64,000 nucleotides of DNA from Clostridia bacterium (GTDB lineage Bacteria; Bacillota; Clostridia; Oscillospirales; Acutalibacteraceae). The first letter of the stretch is position 1. Each line of letters starts with the position of its first letter. Of the stretch, positions 1 through 8,600 are shown piece by piece. The DNA lies in contig JAFUPX010000038.1 in the NCBI GenBank assembly GCA_017472575.1, positions 991 to 64,990 of the forward strand. Direction: 5' to 3'. Below the pieces are notes generated by a model, which was not told where the DNA came from, made no database searches, and worked only from the letters and a program-made list of their open reading frames with translations. The position numbers were made by a program, and so were the translations under genes.

Positions 1-34
1 AAGATATTTAAAATAAATCCTTTTTAATATGGCG

Positions 35-71
35 AAAGCATCAGGTTATAATTTTGACCCGATGCTTTTTT
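35..71 (+). terminator. Possible rho-independent terminator of a + strand gene upstream of the window
   Basis: Stem AAAGCATC (35-42) / GATGCTTT (61-68) followed by a T-run to 71. The 18-nt loop is long, so support is only moderate. Confidence 0.4.
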
Positions 72-471
72 AGTTAATGCGCCGATATTTATAATCGTAA
101 TATGCTTTTTGTATAATGTTCAATAATTCTTCTCTTTCCTTTTTAGGTAAACTTCGGAGAATGCTGATAACATTATTTTCCTCGTTAGAATTAGAATTCT
201 CTCTTGGTATATACTTATTTTTCGGCGGTAAAGCTATGTCGGAAGCGGTATTATTTGTAATTTTCGGCTCTTCGTAAATATCTTCTAGCAAATCCAACAG
301 AGAAACTTGAAAGATATCTGCCAACGAAATCAATCTATCAACAGTTATGTTACCGTGTCGCTCCATTTGCGAATATGTGCTTGCTTTCATTTTTAATCTT
401 TTTGCGGTTTCTTTCTGAGATAATAGGCTCAATCTTCGATATTTAATTATATTTATATTTAATTTGTTCAT
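70..471 (-). CDS. XRE (Cro/C1-type) helix-turn-helix transcriptional regulator
   Basis: 133-aa ORF. The N-terminal ~60 aa (LSQKETAKRLKMKASTYSQMERHGNITVDRLISLADIFQVSLLDLL) fits the HTH_3 pattern. AAGGAG lies about 15 nt upstream of the ATG. Confidence 0.75.
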   Translation of the reverse strand: MNKLNINIIKYRRLSLLSQKETAKRLKMKASTYSQMERHGNITVDRLISLADIFQVSLLDLLEDIYEEPKITNNTASDIALPPKNKYIPRENSNSNEENNVISILRSLPKKEREELLNIIQKAYYDYKYRRIN

Positions 472-503
472 TATTTACTGTTATACTCCTTTTTTAATTC
501 TGT

Positions 504-540
504 AAAATAAAAAAGTGCGCCAACCGAAGTTGAACGCACC
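504..540 (-). terminator. Intrinsic terminator on the minus strand, immediately upstream of the XRE gene SD
   Basis: The minus strand reads GGTGCGTTCAAC-TTCG-GTTGGCGCAC followed by TTTTTTATTTT. The stem has GTGCG/CGCAC and CAAC/GTTG segments around a UUCG loop. Confidence 0.5.
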
Positions 541-739
541 GAAAAAATGTAACCCCCGATTGTTGCCAAACAAACTTCAAGTAAACGAAAGGATATAACC
601 TTACACAATAACTTGACGGAATTTGCGTTTTCACCAAATTCAAAAGATATGTGCATAGACAAAAAGAGTATAAAATCGCTTTAAACAAAAAAGAGAATAC
701 TCTACATTCCGTTTTATTGAGTTTTTGTTTCGCACAGTT

Positions 740-768
740 AGTATAACACTGTTAAAAATAAAAATCAA
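740..768 (-). promoter_or_regulatory. Candidate sigma-A promoter inside the AT-rich gap (minus strand)
   Basis: TTGATT (768-763), 17-nt spacer, TGt-TATACT extended -10 (748-740). No CDS follows before the terminator at 540-504. Confidence 0.35.
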
Positions 769-974
769 CAAAAAATATTTTGTTGTAATAACCATTTTTT
801 GTGTATTAAATAATAGAAAAAAGTAAGCAACACAGAGGACGACTTTCCTTGCACAGTATAATTAAATTTTCTTTGAAAATTTGTTACCAAATCAAAGATT
901 TGGTGTCGAAATAGCGAAAATAAAAACTTTTTCTATATACTATAACCATTATAGTAGCACCTGTTATTGATATA

Positions 975-1020
975 ACAAAAAAGAAATAAACCGCTACTCT
1001 CCAAAGTTCGGTTTATTTCT
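975..1020 (-). terminator. Probable terminator of the lexA-rnhA-queT transcript
   Basis: 12-bp stem AGAAATAAACCG (982-993) / CGGTTTATTTCT (1009-1020). On the minus strand it is followed by TTTTTT (A-run 976-981 on +). The loop is 15 nt. Confidence 0.45.
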
Positions 1021-1091
1021 ATAAACATTATTTAGGGCTAACCGTCTATCGGTTTGCCTTATTTCCATATTTATCATATAGTTTTAATTTA

Positions 1092-1634
1092 TCAAGCTTT
1101 TAAGTTACGGTAAGTTTTTTTATTTTTAAACAACCCGTATTTTTCTACTATGAGGTAGAAAGGGATACCGAGAGCGTAGCAGATAATAAGCTCGCCCGCA
1201 CCTACTTCGAGCGCAGAAATTATAAATCCCCAAAAAGATGCGCCCTCAGGCAGGAAGAAAAAGGCGATTTCAAGACCTATTACAACAGCGTTTACGATAA
1301 CAGGCGGAAACATACTTAAAAGGGGGAGCTTCTTAATTTTTATGTTTCTGAAAACATATGTAAGAACTGCCGCAATTAAGGTTGCCGATGTTCCGAAAAT
1401 CATATCGAGAGCGTTAAAGGACGCTATATTTGCGATAAAGCAGCCTATTGTAACACCGGGTATAGCCGCCGGAGTGAATATAGGAAGTAAGGTAAGAACC
1501 TCGGAAATTCTAAGCTGGATAGGTCCGTAAGCCAGACCGAATATATTGCTTAAAAAAGTAAGACCTACATAAGCTGCCGCTATTAAAGAGGCGGTAATTA
1601 TATAATTTATTTTTTCCTTTGCATTGGATTTCAT
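1092..1634 (-). CDS. queT: QueT-family queuosine-precursor transporter (ECF S-component-like membrane protein)
   Basis: 180 aa with about 5-6 hydrophobic helices. The motif [15 protein letters not shown] resembles the QueT (COG4708) signature. Its start overlaps the rnhA stop as ATGA. Confidence 0.65.
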   Translation of the reverse strand: MKSNAKEKINYIITASLIAAAYVGLTFLSNIFGLAYGPIQLRISEVLTLLPIFTPAAIPGVTIGCFIANIASFNALDMIFGTSATLIAAVLTYVFRNIKIKKLPLLSMFPPVIVNAVVIGLEIAFFFLPEGASFWGFIISALEVGAGELIICYALGIPFYLIVEKYGLFKNKKTYRNLKA

Positions 1635-2083
1635 TTGTTTTGCTCCTGTAATTTTTTGTAAAAGCTTACTGCAAGCTCATCACACCGTTCGTTTTCGGGG
1701 TGACCTGCGTGACCCTTGACCCACTCTATATTAACCGTATGCTCATTTAACAGGTTTAAAAGCTGTTCCCATAAATCAGGGTTAAGAGCAGGCTTTTTAT
1801 CTGCTTTGCGCCAGCCGTTTTTGCGCCAGGATTCCGCCCAGCCTTTGGTTATACCGTCCGCTACGTATTTTGAGTCGGTAACGAGCTTAACCGCGCACGG
1901 CTCCTTTAAAGCCGAAAGACCCTTAATAGCGGCGGTAAGCTCCATTCGGTTGTTGGTGGTGTTAAGCTCGCCGCCCGAAAGCTCTTTTTCTCTGCTGCCG
2001 TATCTCAAAACAACCCCCCAACCGCCGGGACCGGGGTTGCCTGAACAGGCACTGTCCGTATAAATCTCAACATATTTCTGCAT
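1631..2083 (-). CDS. rnhA: Ribonuclease HI
   Basis: 150 aa. It begins [17 protein letters not shown] and contains [15 protein letters not shown] and the C-terminal [15 protein letters not shown], the typical RNase HI motif set. Confidence 0.9.
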   Translation of the reverse strand: MQKYVEIYTDSACSGNPGPGGWGVVLRYGSREKELSGGELNTTNNRMELTAAIKGLSALKEPCAVKLVTDSKYVADGITKGWAESWRKNGWRKADKKPALNPDLWEQLLNLLNEHTVNIEWVKGHAGHPENERCDELAVSFYKKLQEQNK

Positions 2084-2084
2084 A

Positions 2085-2681
2085 TCAGCTATACTTCCTG
2101 TAACTGCCTATAACCTTGCCTAAAACCGAGGGTTTTTCGGGGTATATAGGGTCAAAATCCGGATTTTCGGGCATAAAGATTATCTCCTTGCCCTTTATTA
2201 GAAGACGCTTAACGGTAGCTTCGTCCCCATCCATTCCGACGACAATGTCTCCGCTTCGGCAGGGGGCATTTTTATCTGCAACTATGATATCCCCGTCAAG
2301 AATACCGGCGTCTCGCATACTAAGCCCCACAACTCTGAGCGCAAACAGACCCTCCGCATCCTTAGAAGGATAGGGGATATAATCCTCAATCTGCTCAACC
2401 GCCAAAATAGGCTGACCTGCGGTTATTCTGCCGATTATGGGAACGGGGGAGGAATCGTAGCCCATATCAAGCTTAATCGCCCTTGAATACTTCGCATCCC
2501 TCACGATATAGCCGTTTTCCTCTAAAAAGCAGAGAATAGCGTGAACCGTTGAGGTTGATTTTATACCTGTAGCGTTGCAGATTTCGCGCACAGTAGGCGG
2601 AAAGCCGGCAGACATCTGCTTAACAAGAAAATTATAAACATCCTGCTGTTTTTGCGTCAGAGGTGCTTTTGACATTACCAA
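2085..2681 (-). CDS. lexA: LexA SOS repressor
   Basis: 198 aa with an N-terminal winged-helix region. It has an Ala-Gly cleavage site (RITAGQP) and S24 peptidase motifs GLSMRDAGI (Ser) and TVKRL (Lys). Confidence 0.92.
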   Translation of the reverse strand: MVMSKAPLTQKQQDVYNFLVKQMSAGFPPTVREICNATGIKSTSTVHAILCFLEENGYIVRDAKYSRAIKLDMGYDSSPVPIIGRITAGQPILAVEQIEDYIPYPSKDAEGLFALRVVGLSMRDAGILDGDIIVADKNAPCRSGDIVVGMDGDEATVKRLLIKGKEIIFMPENPDFDPIYPEKPSVLGKVIGSYRKYS

Positions 2682-2690
2682 AACTCCAAT

Positions 2691-2704
2691 CGAACATTTA
2701 TTCG
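2691..2704 (-). promoter_or_regulatory. LexA (Cheo/DinR) box in the lexA promoter
   Basis: CGAACATTTATTCG matches CGAAC-N4-GTTCG with one mismatch. It sits just downstream of an extended -10 TGtTATACT (minus strand, 2718-2710) and upstream of the GGAG SD. Confidence 0.7.
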
Positions 2705-2721
2705 ATTAAAGTATAACATTT

Positions 2722-3099
2722 TTATTCATTCTTTTCAAGAGTATTATTTGTTTTAGAGAAAATTTCTTTTAAGCCCATTACTATAAGCAGAATTCCGAAA
2801 AGATAGCCTGTCCATTTTTCACTCAAAAGGTCGGAGAGAAAAATTCCTGCAACTGCGCCTATCAAGCCAAAGCCTGCAATTGTAAGAGCGGTTTTCCATT
2901 TAATTTTCTTCTTTACCGAATAGATAATAACAGATAAAAGAGCTATCGGTATAAAGAATATTAAATTTATTCCCTGTGCGGTTAGCTGTTCGGTAGTTGT
3001 AAAAAGGGTGAGGTAGATTATAAGCACCGCACCGCCGCCCATACCCATAGCGCCGATTATTCCCGAAAAAAGCCCTGCTAAAAGGGCTGCAATATTCAT
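2722..3099 (-). CDS. TSUP (TauE/SafE) family membrane protein, C-terminal-half equivalent (4 TM)
   Basis: 125 aa and hydrophobic, with the motif GAMGMGGGAVL. Its start overlaps the stop of the preceding half-gene as ATGA. Confidence 0.7.
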   Translation of the reverse strand: MNIAALLAGLFSGIIGAMGMGGGAVLIIYLTLFTTTEQLTAQGINLIFFIPIALLSVIIYSVKKKIKWKTALTIAGFGLIGAVAGIFLSDLLSEKWTGYLFGILLIVMGLKEIFSKTNNTLEKNE

Positions 3100-3458
3100 T
3101 TGAACAGCAGGCGGATGCCTGCATAAACCATAAATCCACCGAATATCCTTTTAAGCCATTTGGGAGATATTTTTTTTAGAATAATTGTGCCTAAAATCGC
3201 ACCTACTATTCCGCCTGGGATATAGGGCAAAGCGGTGGAGATATCGGCATAGCCTTTATAGATATACAGCCCCGCGCTTAAAACGGTAATGGGCAGAATA
3301 ACCGCTATTGCGTTGCATTGGGCTTCCTTTTGGTCAAACCCCAATTTTTTCAATATCGGAACGGCTATCATTCCGCCGCCCGCACCTAAAAGGCTGTTCA
3401 CCGCGCCTATCGCAAAACCAGATACGGCAGGAAGAAGCTTACTTTTTTTATTTTCCAT
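3096..3458 (-). CDS. TSUP (TauE/SafE) family membrane protein, N-terminal-half equivalent (4 TM)
   Basis: 120 aa, with the motif LLGAGGGMIAVPIL typical of TauE/SafE anion exporters. Confidence 0.7.
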   Translation of the reverse strand: MENKKSKLLPAVSGFAIGAVNSLLGAGGGMIAVPILKKLGFDQKEAQCNAIAVILPITVLSAGLYIYKGYADISTALPYIPGGIVGAILGTIILKKISPKWLKRIFGGFMVYAGIRLLFK

Positions 3459-3789
3459 TTAACCACCTTATTTATAATTCGTAATGCGCTACGCTATTTA
3501 TTTTATCCCGAAATATAATAAAAATGTTTTAAAAACAGCAGAGAAATTTTGCGCGATATCTTAGGTCTTACAACCGATATGATTCACCCCTCAATGATAG
3601 GTCACTCTTATGGCTCAAAATCTTTACAGAGATTAAAAGATATTATATAAAATGAAATTATATGAAAATTCACTTTAATGTAGTGAATAATTTTGTGCAT
3701 TTTGACACTTTTCAGGGTGGTTTCTTTGTGCTAAAATAATATAAAATGTAAATAAAGATTTACATATATATTAATAAGGAGTTGTTATT

Positions 3790-4956
3790 ATGAAAATTAC
3801 AAGGATTTTATCAATCGTAATGGCTTTTGCTTTATGTCTTACCTGTCTTGCAGGCTGCGGCGGAGCTTCCGGCTATACTGCTGAAAATACCGAGTATGTT
3901 ATTGGTGTTTCCGGACCTCTTACCGGCGGTGCGGCAGTTTACGGCACAGCAGTTAAGAATTCCGCACAGATGGCTGTTGACGAAATCAACGCAGCAGGCG
4001 GATTAAACGGTGTAAACTTCAAGCTCGTTGCTACAGACGATACTCACGATGCTACCAAGGTTGCCGCTAACTATGCGTCTATGCTTGAGGGCGGTATGCA
4101 AGTATCTCTCGGTACTGTTACAACTGCTCCCGGTCTTGAGTTCACAAACCTTTCCGCTGAAGACAATGTATTCTTTATTACTCCTTCAGCTTCGGGTGAC
4201 GACATTCCGAAGAATGACAACGGTTTCCAGATGTGCTTTGCTGACGGTAATCAGGGTAAGGTTGCAGCTGACTATGTTAACAGCTTAGGTCTTGATTCTA
4301 TCGGTATCTTCTATAAGTCTGACGATGCTTATTCTAACGGTATTTACAAGCAGTTTAAAGAAAACCTCGATTCTTCAATATCAACCGTTGAGGCTGTATT
4401 TACTGACGCTAACGCTACCGATTTCTCTTCTCAGATTACCACTCTTAAGGATTGCAAGTTCATCTTTATGCCAATCTATTATCAACCTGCTTCTGTATTT
4501 ATGACACAGGCTAAGGATACTGTGGCAGCCGATGCAGTTTATTACGGTTGTGACGGTTTTGACGGTCTCGCAGGTCAGTTTGAGGACTTCTCTATCATTC
4601 CTCAGGAAGTTTCTATGCTTTCTCACTTTGACTCCAACGCAACAGAGGGAGCTGCTGCCGAATTCATTAAGAAATACACAGATAAGTTCGGAACCGAAAC
4701 TCTTAACCAGTTCGGCGCTTCCGCTTATGACTGCGTATATGCAATCTACAACGCAATGAAGAAGGCTGTTGACGAGGGCGAAGAGATTGATGTAACAATC
4801 TCCGCTTCTGACCTTTGCGAAATACTTAAAGCACAGTTTACCGGTGACTTTACTTTCTCAGGTACCACAGGAGATGACATTACCTGGGAAGATAACGGTT
4901 ATGTTACAAAGTCTGCAGTTAAGTACACTTTAAAGACTGCAAACTCTGCTGAGTAA
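3790..4956 (+). CDS. livJ: Branched-chain amino acid ABC transporter substrate-binding lipoprotein (LivJ/K-like, type 1 PBP)
   Basis: 388 aa. It has a signal peptide with lipobox LAGC. GVSGPLTGGAAVYG..AVDEINAAGG is typical of Leu/Ile/Val-binding proteins. AAGGAG SD. It is followed by livHMGF. Confidence 0.85.
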   Translation: MKITRILSIVMAFALCLTCLAGCGGASGYTAENTEYVIGVSGPLTGGAAVYGTAVKNSAQMAVDEINAAGGLNGVNFKLVATDDTHDATKVAANYASMLEGGMQVSLGTVTTAPGLEFTNLSAEDNVFFITPSASGDDIPKNDNGFQMCFADGNQGKVAADYVNSLGLDSIGIFYKSDDAYSNGIYKQFKENLDSSISTVEAVFTDANATDFSSQITTLKDCKFIFMPIYYQPASVFMTQAKDTVAADAVYYGCDGFDGLAGQFEDFSIIPQEVSMLSHFDSNATEGAAAEFIKKYTDKFGTETLNQFGASAYDCVYAIYNAMKKAVDEGEEIDVTISASDLCEILKAQFTGDFTFSGTTGDDITWEDNGYVTKSAVKYTLKTANSAE

Positions 4957-4990
4957 AGGTTATTTTAAACAAACAATAAAAAACGTTCGG

Positions 4991-5020
4991 TTTGCCGGTG
5001 CGGTTTTCTGCTCCGGCAAA
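4991..5020 (+). promoter_or_regulatory. Intercistronic hairpin between livJ and livH (possible partial terminator or mRNA stabiliser)
   Basis: TTTGCCGG (4991-4998) pairs with CCGGCAAA (5013-5020). There is no T-run afterwards. Confidence 0.4.
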
Positions 5021-5059
5021 TTGTCATAGTAGTTAGTAATTATTTTGTAGGATAATTTT

Positions 5060-5932
5060 ATGAAATTTATAGAAACTTTATTAAACGGACTGAGTATGGG
5101 CAGTACCTATGCTATGATAGCGCTCGGTTATACAATGGTATACGGTATTGCTAAAATGCTCAACTTTGCTCACGGTGATATTATAATGGTGGGCGGATAT
5201 ATGATTTTCCTTAGTATGACGGCTGTCGGTAATCCGGTTTTGGGTCTCGCCGCCGCTGTTATCTTTTGCGTAGTGCTTGGAATAACAATTGAAAAAATAG
5301 CATATAAGCCGCTTCGCGGAGCTTCTCCGCTTGCTGTTCTTATTACGGCTATCGGGGTAAGTTATCTCTTACAGAGCTCTGCTCAGATGATTTTTGGCTC
5401 AGCGCCCAAAATGGTTATAATAGCTGACCTTGGAAATCTCGAATTTGCAGGTCTTAAGGTTCCTGTTTATACGCTTGTAACCTTGGGCTGCTCGGTTGTA
5501 ATTATGTTAGCCTTAAACCTTTTCGTTAAGTATACAAAGATAGGGCGCGCTATGATTGCAGTATCTGAGGATAAGGGTGCGGCACAGCTTATGGGTATAA
5601 ATGTTAACGGTATAATTACCGTTACGTTTGCTATAGGCTCAGCTCTTGCGGCTTTTGCAGGCTTCTTTATGCTGATGAAATCTCCCAGTCTTACAAATAC
5701 ACTCGGTGCAATGCCCGGTATAAAGGCATTTACTGCTGCTGTAATCGGCGGTATCGGCTCTATTCCCGGAGCTATGGTCGGCGGTATACTTATAGGTGTT
5801 GTTGAAGCGATTTCTCTTACTGTTCCGGCAATAGCCGCATACACAGATGCGATTGAATTCCTTATACTTATTGTTATTCTTTTAGTCCGTCCTACAGGAA
5901 TTTTAGGCAAGAAAAGGAGGGAGAAGGTATAA
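5060..5932 (+). CDS. livH: Branched-chain amino acid ABC transporter permease
   Basis: 290 aa and polytopic. It begins YAMIALGYTMVYGIAKMLNFAHGD, characteristic of LivH. Confidence 0.9.
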   Translation: MKFIETLLNGLSMGSTYAMIALGYTMVYGIAKMLNFAHGDIIMVGGYMIFLSMTAVGNPVLGLAAAVIFCVVLGITIEKIAYKPLRGASPLAVLITAIGVSYLLQSSAQMIFGSAPKMVIIADLGNLEFAGLKVPVYTLVTLGCSVVIMLALNLFVKYTKIGRAMIAVSEDKGAAQLMGINVNGIITVTFAIGSALAAFAGFFMLMKSPSLTNTLGAMPGIKAFTAAVIGGIGSIPGAMVGGILIGVVEAISLTVPAIAAYTDAIEFLILIVILLVRPTGILGKKRREKV

Positions 5933-7080
5933 TGGCAGGAAAAATAAAAAATATAAAATGGAAATATTATATAAATTACATTGCAATTGCTATTTTTACT
6001 GTTGTTTTTTCAGTAATGTCATTTACCGGAAACCTTTCTTCCTCAAACATATACTTGCTTGAAAAGATAGCAATTGCTGTTATGCTGTCGGTATCCTTAA
6101 GCGTTGTTGTAGGCTTCCTCGGAGAGCTTTCCTTAGGACATGCAGGCTTTATGTGTGTGGGTGCGTATCTCGGCGGTAAAGCCTCCTGCATATTGGAGCC
6201 GGTGCTTGGAAACGGTGTTTTAACACTGATTATATCGCTTATTGCGGGCGGTGTAATAGCAGCATTATGCGGAATTATCATCGGTCTACCTGCATTGCGA
6301 CTTAAGGGCGACTATCTTGCGATAGTAACCCTTGCTTTCGGAGAGATAGTACGCTCGCTGTTTATGAACTCGAGTGACGAGTCCTTTGGAGGCTCTTTGG
6401 GTCTGAATACTCCCCGATACGATAAAAACATTCTTTATATTATAGCTTTTGTTTTGGTGCTTTTATGTCTTGCTGTTTTACAGAACCTTATCCGCTCGAA
6501 GCACGGCAGAGCGATAACCTCTATCAGAGATAACGAAATTGCCGCCAGAGCAACAGGTATAAATGTCACCAAGTATAAGCTGGCAGTTTTTACGGTGTCG
6601 TCATTTTTTGCAGGTATTGCAGGCGTTCTTTACAGCTACAGTAACTTCACCGTTCAAAGTACAAAATTCAGCTATAACTATTCAATTGAGATTTTGGTTA
6701 TGGTAGTGCTCGGCGGAATGGGCAGTATAAACGGTTCTATAATTGCTGCAACGCTTATAACCTTCCTCGATGTAAAGCTACAGACTATTCTTACCGGAAA
6801 TCTTGCGGTTTTACAGGATTTATTCTATGCGCTGGTTCTTATTATTCTTGTAATTTATAATAATGCTCCCGGTCTTAAGAGCTTTCGCGAAACAAATAAT
6901 CTGAAGAGCATTTTTAATAAAATAAGGAAGCCTAAGAGAGACCCGTCGCGCAGGGCTGATGATGAGGCTAAGTGGGACAGGGTTCCTACGAAGATAGAAA
7001 TGAACGAGATACTGTCGGTAGAGATTCAGCCTACCTCCTCGACAGTAGAGCCTGACCGGAAGGAGAATAAAAATGACTGA
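5932..7080 (+). CDS. livM: Branched-chain amino acid ABC transporter permease with ~70-aa hydrophilic C-terminal tail
   Basis: 382 aa with the LivM-like motif GELSLGHAGFMCVGAY. Its start shares a base with the livH stop. The tail overlaps the livG start. Confidence 0.88.
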   Translation: MAGKIKNIKWKYYINYIAIAIFTVVFSVMSFTGNLSSSNIYLLEKIAIAVMLSVSLSVVVGFLGELSLGHAGFMCVGAYLGGKASCILEPVLGNGVLTLIISLIAGGVIAALCGIIIGLPALRLKGDYLAIVTLAFGEIVRSLFMNSSDESFGGSLGLNTPRYDKNILYIIAFVLVLLCLAVLQNLIRSKHGRAITSIRDNEIAARATGINVTKYKLAVFTVSSFFAGIAGVLYSYSNFTVQSTKFSYNYSIEILVMVVLGGMGSINGSIIAATLITFLDVKLQTILTGNLAVLQDLFYALVLIILVIYNNAPGLKSFRETNNLKSIFNKIRKPKRDPSRRADDEAKWDRVPTKIEMNEILSVEIQPTSSTVEPDRKENKND

Positions 7081-7843
7081 TGTTATTCTTAAAACCGAAA
7101 ATCTCGGTATTTCCTTCGGCGGACTTAAAGCCGTTCAGGATGTAAACATAGAAATAAAGAAGAAACAGCTTTACGGTTTAGTAGGACCTAACGGTGCCGG
7201 AAAGACCACTGTTTTTAATATGCTCACAGGAGTTTATCATCCTACTACGGGAAAATTTTATCTTGATGGGGAAGACCTTACGGGTAAAAGTCAGGAAACT
7301 ATTAACCATAAGGGTATTGCCCGAACCTTCCAGAATATCCGTCTTTTTAATAATATGACGGTTATCAGCAATGTACTTGTTGGACTTCATAATCAGGAAG
7401 AATTCAAGTGCAGTATGATTGAAAGTATGTTACGTCTGCCAAGACACTTTGATTGCGAAAAGCGTATGAGAGAAAGGGCAAAGGAGATACTTCGCGTTGT
7501 CGGTCTTGAGGAGGAGCGCAATTTCCTTTCCTGTAATCTGCCTTACGGAAAGCAGAGAAAGCTGGAGATTGCCCGCGCGCTCGCTACTAATCCGAAGATT
7601 CTTCTTTTGGATGAGCCGGCGGCAGGTATGAATCCTCACGAAACCGAAGATTTAATGAATATTATCACCCGAATTCGTGATGATTACGATATGACAGTTC
7701 TGCTTATTGAGCACGATATGAAGTTTGTTTCAGGCCTTTGCGATGAGGTAACGGTGCTTAATTTCGGTACTGTACTGGCTCAGGGTGATACAAAGACTGC
7801 CCTTAACGACCCCGAGGTCATAAAGGCTTATATTGGAGGATAG
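7073..7843 (+). CDS. livG: Branched-chain amino acid ABC transporter ATP-binding protein
   Basis: 256 aa. Walker A GPNGAGKTT, LPYGKQRKLEIARAL, Walker B LLLDEPAAGMNP. Confidence 0.92.
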   Translation: MTDVILKTENLGISFGGLKAVQDVNIEIKKKQLYGLVGPNGAGKTTVFNMLTGVYHPTTGKFYLDGEDLTGKSQETINHKGIARTFQNIRLFNNMTVISNVLVGLHNQEEFKCSMIESMLRLPRHFDCEKRMRERAKEILRVVGLEEERNFLSCNLPYGKQRKLEIARALATNPKILLLDEPAAGMNPHETEDLMNIITRIRDDYDMTVLLIEHDMKFVSGLCDEVTVLNFGTVLAQGDTKTALNDPEVIKAYIGG

Positions 7844-7847
7844 CGCA

Positions 7848-8558
7848 ATGGCATTATTGGAAGTAAAGGACCTTCAGGTTTACTATGGCGTTATTCAGGC
7901 GCTTAAGGGTATTAATTTTGAGGTAAATGAAGGGGAAATAGTAACCCTTATCGGTGCTAACGGTGCCGGAAAGACCACTACTATGCAAAGCATAATTGGT
8001 CTTATACCGTCGCGCGGAGGCAGTGTTATATTTGACGGTAAAGACATTACTAAAACTCCCTGCCATAAAATAGTTCATTTAGGTATGGCACAGGTTCCTG
8101 AGGGGAGAAGAGTTTTTCAGGAGCTTACTGTTTATGAAAATCTACTTATGGGCGGATTTTCCCAAAAAGACAAGTCAGCCATAAAGCAGGATATAGAATC
8201 TATTTATGAGCGTTTTCCCAGATTGGCTGAGAGAAGCAGTCAGATTGCAGGAACACTTTCCGGCGGTGAGCAGCAGATGCTCGCCATGGGCAGAGCTATG
8301 ATGAGTCATCCTAAGCTGCTTCTTCTTGATGAGCCCTCTATGGGACTTTCACCTATACTTGTTGATCAGGTTTTTGAGATTATTAAGGATTTCCGTAAGG
8401 ACGGTACTACCGTTCTGCTGGTTGAGCAGAACGCGGGTAAATCCCTCGCAATTTCAGACCGCGCCTATGTTCTTGAATTAGGCGAAATCGTGCTTTCGGG
8501 TACAGGTGCTGAGCTTGCCGCAAGCGATGAGGTTAAGAAGGCATACTTAGGCGGATAA
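7848..8558 (+). CDS. livF: Branched-chain amino acid ABC transporter ATP-binding protein
   Basis: Walker A GANGAGKTT, signature LSGGEQQM, Walker B LLLLDEPS. The ATG at 7848 has GGAGGA 7 nt upstream and is preferred over the TTG at 7833 in the ORF track. Confidence 0.9.
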   Translation: MALLEVKDLQVYYGVIQALKGINFEVNEGEIVTLIGANGAGKTTTMQSIIGLIPSRGGSVIFDGKDITKTPCHKIVHLGMAQVPEGRRVFQELTVYENLLMGGFSQKDKSAIKQDIESIYERFPRLAERSSQIAGTLSGGEQQMLAMGRAMMSHPKLLLLDEPSMGLSPILVDQVFEIIKDFRKDGTTVLLVEQNAGKSLAISDRAYVLELGEIVLSGTGAELAASDEVKKAYLGG

Positions 8559-8566
8559 ACAAACAA

Positions 8567-8600
8567 AACAGGGTTGTCTCTTAAGAGACAACCCTGTTTT
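8567..8600 (+). terminator. Rho-independent terminator of the liv operon
   Basis: AACAGGGTTGTCTC - TTAA - GAGACAACCCTGTT followed by TTTT. Confidence 0.85.

Noticed and set aside
471-662. 63-codon ORF in the AT-rich gap ending in a TAATG overlap with the XRE gene (possible toxin or leader peptide). An alternative 64-codon ORF lies at 494-688.
   Set aside because: There is no SD before the TTG/ATG starts, and a terminator hairpin lies inside the frame. The sequence has no recognisable motif. It is kept only as a remark under the gap finding.
904-910. TGTCGAA (Spo0A 0A-box) in the AT-rich gap.
   Set aside because: A single 7-mer like this is expected several times by chance in 64 kb. It has no associated promoter or gene.
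3714-3721. AGGGTGGT upstream of livJ, resembling the start of the T-box sequence (GGGTGGTACCGCG).
   Set aside because: The rest of the T-box (ACCGCG) is absent. No complementary CCACC terminator arm follows, and no specifier-loop or stem I features could be found.
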